The notes beneath the pieces were generated by a model. That model was not told the DNA's origin and did not search any database. It saw only the letters and a list, made by a program, of their open reading frames with translations. Positions 58,006 to 64,000 of a stretch of 64,000 nucleotides of DNA are shown here, piece by piece (within the stretch, counting starts at the first letter, position 1; each line of letters starts with the position of its first letter). The position numbers and the translations under genes are program-made. This DNA comes from a virus, in IMG/VR virus record IMGVR_UViG_3300025137_003799, positions 15,711 through 79,710 of that record, one strand, 5' to 3'.

Positions 58006-58562
58006 AGGATAAACGTATTATAGCAACAGGTAACCCAGAGTTTGGTGTTGCAAGTGAGATTGCACAACGCTGGCCACAGACTCAATTTGTAGGCAGAACC
58101 ACCTGGGGGTACGATTTATGTCAAGACAGCTACAAAAACAAGTTAGCCGAAAAGGCGTCTAACTATGACGTTTTTATTAACTCTAGTGCATTATGGCACT
58201 ACCACCAGACTATGCTACTAGATGTAGTGTATAAAATGCAATTGCGACTCGGCAATCGACTACATATTGTGTCTTTGGGAAGCACTACTGATCGAACTAC
58301 CAAAGGCTCAGACTGGCATTATCAACAGGAAAAGAAGGCTCTACGTTCAACAAGCAATGCATTAGGGCTTAAGAGCATATGGACAGGAGGTCCTAAAGTA
58401 AGTTACGTTACGTTCGGTACTCTGGACAACAACCAACACAAGCACCCTGACAGACGTTGTATGAGCTTGGCAGAGGCTGTTGATTGTATAGAGTATGTAC
58501 TAACAGCACCGGATCATCTATGTATTAATGAACTTAGTGTTGATCCTATACAAGTAAAATAA
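57993..58562 (+). CDS. short-chain dehydrogenase/reductase-like protein
   Basis: IATGN..GVA, DVFINS, LGS, YQQEK (YxxxK). Confidence 0.7.
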   Translation: MDRMKDKRIIATGNPEFGVASEIAQRWPQTQFVGRTTWGYDLCQDSYKNKLAEKASNYDVFINSSALWHYHQTMLLDVVYKMQLRLGNRLHIVSLGSTTDRTTKGSDWHYQQEKKALRSTSNALGLKSIWTGGPKVSYVTFGTLDNNQHKHPDRRCMSLAEAVDCIEYVLTAPDHLCINELSVDPIQVK

Positions 58563-58572
58563 GGAAAATAAA

Positions 58573-58743
58573 TTGACTCAAGATGAATATAAACCAACTA
58601 ACTGCCAAAACTGTGGAGCCTATTCCCATTGTGGCAGTACCTTTTGGAGAGACGAAAAAGACTACAATGGTGAATGGTATCAAATAAAAGTTTGTGAACA
58701 TTGCCGTTGTTCAGAATGTGTACCGAAAGCAGTATGGACCTAA
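58573..58743 (+). CDS. 56-aa Cys-rich putative Zn-binding protein
   Basis: Hand-translated from TTG after AAGGA: CQNC..HC...CEHCRCSEC. Confidence 0.65.
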   Translation: MTQDEYKPTNCQNCGAYSHCGSTFWRDEKDYNGEWYQIKVCEHCRCSECVPKAVWT

Positions 58744-59435
58744 TAATTAAATCAATTAAATATACCAATATACTTGAAAGCTGGCAAAAGCTCTGGCCAG
58801 ATCGAGAACCCCAAACCCAAGCCTATTCATCCATGTTAATGAATGGAGGGCATGATCCTGAAATTAAAAATACATTTAAATGGACGGCTTATGGAGTATA
58901 TGATTACGATAAATGTGTGGCTGTGAACGCAGGACATAAAAGTTCAAAACGAGACTACAGAACTCGTGGACTCTGGGTAGATGAAACACATCGTGGCAGA
59001 GGTATTGCGAAGATGATGTTTGATAAATTAGAACATCAAGCTAAGAGTGAATGTTGTAGATGGTTGTGGAGTTATCCCAGACTTGCGGCCTTGCCTGCTT
59101 ATATCAACAGTGGCTACGTTCCTTTTGGTAAGCCTGAACATGGGGAGTTCGATCAATGTACTAGAGCCCGTAAGGATCTAAGTTACTTAACTACTACAGT
59201 ATGGAGTGTGGATAACAATCCTTGTGAAAGTCAGCAGTGGGTAGAAGCAGTTGATGAACTAGATAAAAAGGGATTTTTATTGGGACAAAATGAACAAGTA
59301 CGTGGTAATTATATACACATAACACAACATTGGGTTAATGAATTATATGCAACGCCAATGGTTGGTGTAAAGAACTTTATGGATCCTACTGAACGTGTAT
59401 ATGGAGAGATAAACAATCCCATACATGTTTTATAA
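58734..59435 (+). CDS. GNAT acetyltransferase
   Basis: RGLWVDETHRGRGIA; ALPAY..GY. Confidence 0.8.
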   Translation: MDLIIKSIKYTNILESWQKLWPDREPQTQAYSSMLMNGGHDPEIKNTFKWTAYGVYDYDKCVAVNAGHKSSKRDYRTRGLWVDETHRGRGIAKMMFDKLEHQAKSECCRWLWSYPRLAALPAYINSGYVPFGKPEHGEFDQCTRARKDLSYLTTTVWSVDNNPCESQQWVEAVDELDKKGFLLGQNEQVRGNYIHITQHWVNELYATPMVGVKNFMDPTERVYGEINNPIHVL

Positions 59436-59882
59436 TTACATTATATCCTGAGCCCAATCACAATCAGCAAAGCCTGATTGTTCACACCAACGTATAAACA
59501 ATCCAACTTCTCTACCATGTGCTTCTATTTCCCAGGGTAAATCATAATAGTCCACATCACCTTTAACAATAGTAGATTTCCAGCGATGACGTTGTGGTTT
59601 TATTTCAAATAATTCACCACGACTATACTGTTTAACGTGTACCATTTCATGTGCAACAGTTTCACAGAAGCGTCTTAGTCCCTGACGCTTGTCTATTTCA
59701 ACAGAATATTCATTTTTATTAACATATAAACAATAACCAAGTGCTCCTTCACACTTGTTTAATTGAATATCTATATCAAGATTCTTCTTACGTGGCATTA
59801 ATTTAGCAATCGAAAACTCTGCAATTGATTGACAAAGTTCTCGTTGTTGTTTAGTACCACCTGATACTTGAATATCAATCAT
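59436..59882 (-). CDS. HExxH metallopeptidase-like phage protein
   Basis: HEMVHVKQ, PWEIEA. Confidence 0.75.
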   Translation of the reverse strand: MIDIQVSGGTKQQRELCQSIAEFSIAKLMPRKKNLDIDIQLNKCEGALGYCLYVNKNEYSVEIDKRQGLRRFCETVAHEMVHVKQYSRGELFEIKPQRHRWKSTIVKGDVDYYDLPWEIEAHGREVGLFIRWCEQSGFADCDWAQDIM

Positions 59883-60127
59883 TATGATATCTTGCCAGCT
59901 TCAAAGTCTGTAATAAAATTTTGTTCTTCCTGACTGAACTCATGTGCCTTGGGACCAAACAGAACACCCACATGGGTAAGCCTACCACCTAGTTCACTCA
60001 TTTTATTAAACAGTTTATCATCCTGAACAGTTACGGCGGCGTCCATCATTGCACGACCAATGTCGCCAAGATCACGTTCTCCCTGAGTAAGTTCAAAGAA
60101 ATTAGGTTCTATAGTTATACTTTTCAT
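59882..60127 (-). CDS. hypothetical protein
   Basis: TAATG-coupled ORF. Confidence 0.65.
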   Translation of the reverse strand: MKSITIEPNFFELTQGERDLGDIGRAMMDAAVTVQDDKLFNKMSELGGRLTHVGVLFGPKAHEFSQEEQNFITDFEAGKIS

Positions 60128-60408
60128 TAGTTTACTCCCAAATAATCTTTTTTAAGTATTTCCATTTGTTCAACGGCATTAGGATACTTTTCCAGTAAAT
60201 CCATTTCATCTTTATAACATTCCACAATGTTATATATAGTCTTTACTAGACTAATTTTATTAACTGGAAACGGACCTGACTTAGTATAAGCAATCATTTC
60301 CTGCAACTCAGCTTCAGCGGCACTAATTGAATCGTGCTTGCCAGTTTCATACTCCACATTAACACTATCTTCTTTTACTATTCCAGTAATTTGTATCATT
60401 TTTTTCAT
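60127..60408 (-). CDS. hypothetical protein
   Basis: RBS AGGAG. Confidence 0.65.
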   Translation of the reverse strand: MKKMIQITGIVKEDSVNVEYETGKHDSISAAEAELQEMIAYTKSGPFPVNKISLVKTIYNIVECYKDEMDLLEKYPNAVEQMEILKKDYLGVN

Positions 60409-60515
60409 TAACTTCTCCTGTTGTTATTGAGAATGGCGTTTCGATCTCGGCATGCATTTGTTTTAATCGAATACCTTAGCCTACCCTTAAAGCCTTTGTA
60501 GGTACCAAGTTGCAT

Positions 60516-60920
60516 TTAACTTCCTGTTACAAGAGCAAGACTACCATCAGCCTGCATCTCAAAATCTTCAATATAACGATGATGTGTGCCACTTTGTCTA
60601 ATACAACTATCAGCGGCAAACCACAAATCTTTTACACTACCACTTGGTGCAAACATAGAAACTTCAGCCCAACATGTATTATTATGAAGATCATCCATTG
60701 TAGCTTCAGGCATAATATACTTGTAAGTAACCTTGTATTGTTTATCTTCTAATACAAGTTCATCAGCTAACATTAGGCCGTTACCTATATGTAGGCTCCA
60801 TGTTGACTCCATACCAAGCTCTGTAGACATTTTGTCAAAATGATCGATTGCTTTAAAAAACAAACTATCTTCTTCTCTTTCCATTATAAGCTGGGCAGCG
60901 GCTTCTTGAATATTTGACAT
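60516..60920 (-). CDS. hypothetical early protein
   Basis: Directly downstream of a promoter cassette; HHRYIEDF. Confidence 0.7.
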   Translation of the reverse strand: MSNIQEAAAQLIMEREEDSLFFKAIDHFDKMSTELGMESTWSLHIGNGLMLADELVLEDKQYKVTYKYIMPEATMDDLHNNTCWAEVSMFAPSGSVKDLWFAADSCIRQSGTHHRYIEDFEMQADGSLALVTGS

Positions 60921-60925
60921 TGTAA

Positions 60926-60978
60926 CTCCTAATTTCTAATTATGTATAGAGTATAGCACCATTATGTCTTGGTGTCAA
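60926..60978 (-). repeat. promoter+RBS cassette, copy 1
   Basis: TTGACA-N17-TATACT...AGGAG; 50/53 identical to 61801-61853. Confidence 0.85.
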
Positions 60979-60981
60979 CCT

Positions 60982-61206
60982 TTATTTGTCGGTTATTTCG
61001 ATTAATTTTAATTCTTTTCCACCTAATTCTCTGAGCTGACACTTGAATTCATACATACTATTGTGACCCTCATATTTTGTTAGGCAATCACGAGCAGTAA
61101 TTTTTTTCCATAGAACCTTTTGACCACTTGGATAAGTGATCTCATAAGTTCTTAATTTTTTATCCCAGGACTTTGGAGCCCCTTCTTTCATATAAGTAAC
61201 AGTCAT
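60982..61206 (-). CDS. hypothetical protein
   Basis: Coupled ORF. Confidence 0.6.
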   Translation of the reverse strand: MTVTYMKEGAPKSWDKKLRTYEITYPSGQKVLWKKITARDCLTKYEGHNSMYEFKCQLRELGGKELKLIEITDK

Positions 61207-61430
61207 TATGAATAGTACCTATCAGCAATACTTAAACATTCATCGTTTACGGCTTCATAGAAAGCATCAGGATTTTGGTCTTGCAATTCACATAACTGCT
61301 CATCAGTTAACGGTTGCTTTGTATTGGCAAACTTTGCTTCACTAATATAAGCATCAACGAAATCTGGATAATCTTTCATATCTAAACCATCTACTTCTAC
61401 ATCGATTACTTTTAAATTATTTAATTTCAT
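61206..61430 (-). CDS. conserved phage hypothetical protein
   Basis: DYPDFVDAYI; RBS AGGAG. Confidence 0.7.
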   Translation of the reverse strand: MKLNNLKVIDVEVDGLDMKDYPDFVDAYISEAKFANTKQPLTDEQLCELQDQNPDAFYEAVNDECLSIADRYYS

Positions 61431-61447
61431 ATAATATCTCCTAATAT

Positions 61448-61795
61448 CTAATTAATTATTTTTTGTTCTTTGGCGGCTTGTAAAATCATTGGAGTAAACA
61501 TTTCTTCTACTGTTTTTTCTGCTTGGTCCCAGGATATCTCGCCTTGCGGTGTAGGTGAATAACCATCAAACATTCTTCTAAACTCACCTCTTCTGTTACA
61601 AAGGCCATTGTTAAAAAGATCATATGCACAATTTTGTGCTCTTCTAAACTTATCTAAGTACTTGTTAGTTGTTCTTGAATTAGCACACTTACCTTCCATT
61701 GGAAGTAAAGTATTAAGTTCATCTGCTAAATGTTTAAAACCTGAGTTAACACCCCAACTACAACTAAACAACTCTTCTTGATAACCTTTGTACAT
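61448..61795 (-). CDS. conserved phage hypothetical protein
   Basis: YDLFNNGLCN; RBS AGGAG. Confidence 0.7.
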   Translation of the reverse strand: MYKGYQEELFSCSWGVNSGFKHLADELNTLLPMEGKCANSRTTNKYLDKFRRAQNCAYDLFNNGLCNRRGEFRRMFDGYSPTPQGEISWDQAEKTVEEMFTPMILQAAKEQKIIN

Positions 61796-61800
61796 ATTTT

Positions 61801-61853
61801 CTCCTAATTTCTAATTATGTATAGATTATAGCACCAATACGTCTTGGTGTCAA
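61801..61853 (-). repeat. promoter+RBS cassette, copy 2
   Basis: TTGACA-N17-TATAAT...AGGAG. Confidence 0.85.
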
Positions 61854-61854
61854 G

Positions 61855-61884
61855 AAAAAAACGCAGAATAAAATCCTGCGTTTT
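61855..61884 (-). terminator. intrinsic terminator
   Basis: AAAACGCAG...CTGCGTTTTTTT on the minus strand. Confidence 0.65.
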
Positions 61885-61919
61885 CAATGACTTAACAAAT
61901 CTTTTGAATTAAATTTGAA

Positions 61920-62333
61920 TTAAACACCATTCTCTGGTTCTGGCATTATATCATCTTCACCTTCTGGATCCATATGAGTATGTGGTTCAGCACCACCTTC
62001 ATGTGAATGCTCCATACCGTCTTCATGTATATGGTGCTCTTCCATAATATAGTTTGTACTTGCTGGCTGATAGTCTTCTGGCATTGCACAATCATAGTTG
62101 CACTCTTCTTCGTTAACATATGCCCACGTCATTGCGGCATTGTTTACTGCTTGTGCTTCTATATGAGCTGATAGTTGCTCCATTAGGTTTCTTGCTGAGC
62201 TACGTCTGTCTAGTTCGATTCCCATTGCTCTGCCTTCCATCTCTAACATCATTTTTACTTCTGCTTCCATGGCTGAAGCGTTTCTTTGCATGTCTTCCAA
62301 CATGCTTACCATTGATTCACTGTGATGATACAT
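61920..62333 (-). CDS. acidic, Met-rich protein with His-rich C-terminal motif
   Basis: HHIHEDGMEHSHEGGAEPHTH; TAAATA at 62376-62381 upstream. Confidence 0.7.
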   Translation of the reverse strand: MYHHSESMVSMLEDMQRNASAMEAEVKMMLEMEGRAMGIELDRRSSARNLMEQLSAHIEAQAVNNAAMTWAYVNEEECNYDCAMPEDYQPASTNYIMEEHHIHEDGMEHSHEGGAEPHTHMDPEGEDDIMPEPENGV

Positions 62334-62393
62334 TTTATATTCTCCCCTGGTTTATATAATTAGTTTTATCAATACTATTTACCGTTAATTCAT

Positions 62394-62421
62394 AAAAAAT
62401 GCACCCATAAGAGGGTGCATT
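62394..62421 (-). terminator. intrinsic terminator
   Basis: AATGCACCC-tcttat-GGGTGCATT followed by a T run. Confidence 0.8.
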
Positions 62422-62436
62422 CTGTCCTTAAAGTGT

Positions 62437-62550
62437 TTAGGAACTTGCAAGTGATAACCGACTGCGATTAAGCAGAATACGGTTCATTTTAGCAATTTTT
62501 CTTAAGTGGCTAAAACGAGCAAGTATCCAATGATGTCTATAATTCATCAT
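62437..62550 (-). CDS. 37-aa basic peptide (MMNYRHHWILARFSHLRKIAKMNRILLNRSRLSLASS)
   Basis: RBS AAGGAG, upstream TATAAATA (62626-62633), downstream terminator. Confidence 0.55.
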   Translation of the reverse strand: MMNYRHHWILARFSHLRKIAKMNRILLNRSRLSLASS

Positions 62551-62628
62551 GAGTCTCCTTCCATTGTTAACCATCTTTTAACCCATGATGTATGGGCCAC
62601 TTTATAACCATGTGAATGGTATATGTAT

Positions 62629-63696
62629 TTATACAGTATACGGATCTAAATCTAGATATTTCCCCCATTCACTATAGTAGTGTCGCATACCAACTTCATC
62701 ATGTATCGTTGCATTTTCATGTCTACCATGTAGTATACGGCGAGCTTCTGTGCCTTCTCGCATTGTAGTACCCTGACCTGTTACGCCAATTAGATCTTCG
62801 TGTAGGTTACGCCCAAAAGGTCCCCAGATTGAATTATGATGTTTAATTCTAGTCTGTCTTTCTTCTGGAGTATCTTTAACTAATCCATACCCACGAAACT
62901 CAATAAGAACTTTGTTGCAACCTAAGGGAGTAACTGAATCAGATCTATATGCTGAACCACGTAGATTAAAGTTAAAGCCAGGAAATAAATCCACCATATA
63001 CCATTGATTAGGTGGTAGGTTAGGGAAACTTAAATCTCCTCTGTCTTCAAAGCCATCATACTCTTCGTAGTTTACAGTAAATGAACTTACGTTTACATGT
63101 CCATTGTCAAAGGCAATATTCTTTCTAGCAAAATATTCATCATTAAATCCTGATACTCTATTAAAATAATGCATAAAGTCATGATAAAATTCTGAATTAG
63201 TATCATGCCATAGTTTATAATTTGTATCTATAACTGCTTTGTGGTAATGGAACACTTCCATTTCTTCTGTATCAATAGCTTCTGCAATACAATCAAATGC
63301 TCCTGCAGTCCATTGTTCTACATCCATTGTTGGGTTTGTATTTAGAGTAGTCCATACCATACCACCATGCTTAACTTCTGTAGGCAATGGCGTATAGTCT
63401 GACATTAGGAATTCTACTCTAGTCATTGTTCCTGAAGGTGTATTAAACTTACCTGTATTCAAGTAGGATTTAATTGAATCTCCATTATTAATAGCAATAA
63501 CATTAAAGCCTGCAATTTGTGTTGTTCTAAAATTACCTGCTTTTGGCATTTCTGATTTGTGACACATAGGTACCCAAACCTTTGAAAAGATTTGTTCCTG
63601 TTCTTGTGCAAATATTTCTGGTGAATTGTAGGCTGTACTACTAATTGATTCTATATTTGGTTGTGCTAACCAATTCTTATGATTTCTTGGTGGCAT
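62629..63696 (-). CDS. aromatic ring-hydroxylating oxygenase alpha-subunit-like protein lacking Rieske ligands
   Basis: YNSPEIFAQEQEQIF..W..H.SE; NYKL..EFYHDFMH; LFP; ED; no CxH/CxxH. Confidence 0.75.
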   Translation of the reverse strand: MPPRNHKNWLAQPNIESISSTAYNSPEIFAQEQEQIFSKVWVPMCHKSEMPKAGNFRTTQIAGFNVIAINNGDSIKSYLNTGKFNTPSGTMTRVEFLMSDYTPLPTEVKHGGMVWTTLNTNPTMDVEQWTAGAFDCIAEAIDTEEMEVFHYHKAVIDTNYKLWHDTNSEFYHDFMHYFNRVSGFNDEYFARKNIAFDNGHVNVSSFTVNYEEYDGFEDRGDLSFPNLPPNQWYMVDLFPGFNFNLRGSAYRSDSVTPLGCNKVLIEFRGYGLVKDTPEERQTRIKHHNSIWGPFGRNLHEDLIGVTGQGTTMREGTEARRILHGRHENATIHDEVGMRHYYSEWGKYLDLDPYTV

Positions 63697-63778
63697 ATTA
63701 AAACTCCTTGTATAATATATTTACTTAATAATATACTATAAAAGGAGTAAAGTCTAATAGTTTGTGTCTATGTACTAA

Positions 63779-64000
63779 TTAGTCTGCTCTAACACCCTGA
63801 CCATAATCTATTACAACAGGAAACCTAGGAACGCCATCATTTGACAGTTCAAAGTATCTACATGTTGCCCACGTAGGCTTGTCTGCAGTTTCCAACAACT
63901 CTTTTAACTGTGCTTGATTACCTCTTACTCCTGAACCAAACTGTGTTCCGTCTGCAAGTTCTAATACAAACCTTTTAGCATAGCCTGTCCATGCTCCCTG
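63779..64000 (-). CDS. ATP-dependent DNA ligase, C-terminal OB domain (5'-partial)
   Basis: Hand-translated ...ATCRYFELSNDGVPRFPV... Confidence 0.85.
   Translation of the reverse strand, partial: QGAWTGYAKRFVLELADGTQFGSGVRGNQAQLKELLETADKPTWATCRYFELSNDGVPRFPVVIDYGQGVRAD

Noticed and set aside
58573-58743. Cys-rich peptide as a ranthipeptide/sactipeptide precursor for the rSAM array
   Set aside because: CxxC/HC/CxxCxCxxC spacing fits a zinc-binding fold better, and no leader or RRE-type partner is evident
60408-60515. Possible ribozyme or riboswitch in the gap (CCTAC/GTAGG stem, GAAAC)
   Set aside because: No hammerhead CUGANGA core or recognisable aptamer consensus; a 35-aa minus-strand ORF coupled to both neighbours explains the gap equally well
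1105-62359. Many short alternative-frame or antisense ORFs in the supplied track (e.g. 7690-8235, 11721-12197, 14113-14604, 21954-22256, 54288-54674)
   Set aside because: They overlap well-supported genes, lack an RBS and motifs, and look like shadow ORFs
1-64000. CRISPR array, tRNA/rRNA genes, transposases, introns or inteins
   Set aside because: No regularly spaced repeats, cloverleaf signatures or such domains were recognised by eye; intergenic gaps are very short. tRNAscan or Infernal would be needed to exclude them formally
1-64000. Stop-codon reassignment as in some large phages
   Set aside because: Recognisable genes are full-length in the standard code, and TAA, TAG and TGA all terminate genes

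Overview
AT-rich, densely coding, standard-code fragment of a large T4-like tailed dsDNA phage, probably aquatic. This identification is inferred from a gp45-like sliding clamp, T4-type RNase H, an ATP-dependent DNA ligase fragment, TATAAATA late promoters and TTGACA-N17-TATAAT early promoters. Left part (1-26 kb): replication and nucleotide genes and a 7-deazaguanine DNA-modification module (DpdA-like transglycosylase, QueD-like, FolE, QueE with an unusual Cys spacing, an embedded glycosyltransferase, no QueC in the window). Also present there: MetK, RpiB, thymidine kinase, dCMP deaminase, an HtrA protease and an AAA+/VWA pair. Centre-right (about 26-59.4 kb): a large tailoring-enzyme island. 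It holds 10 of the 12 non-QueE radical SAM proteins in the window (11 of the 12 have their auxiliary Cys domain N-terminal to the core), 7 non-heme iron/2OG-type oxygenases including a KdoO-like one, 2 amidinotransferases, a PLP enzyme, a flavin halogenase, 2 sulfotransferase-like proteins, a methyltransferase, SDR, GNAT and an MTA/SAH nucleosidase. Right end (59.4-64 kb, minus strand): small early genes driven by duplicated promoter cassettes, a Rieske-type oxygenase lacking its [2Fe-2S] ligands, and the 3' end of DNA ligase. No tRNA, rRNA, CRISPR array or transposase was recognised. All family assignments are from motif recognition by eye, not database searches.
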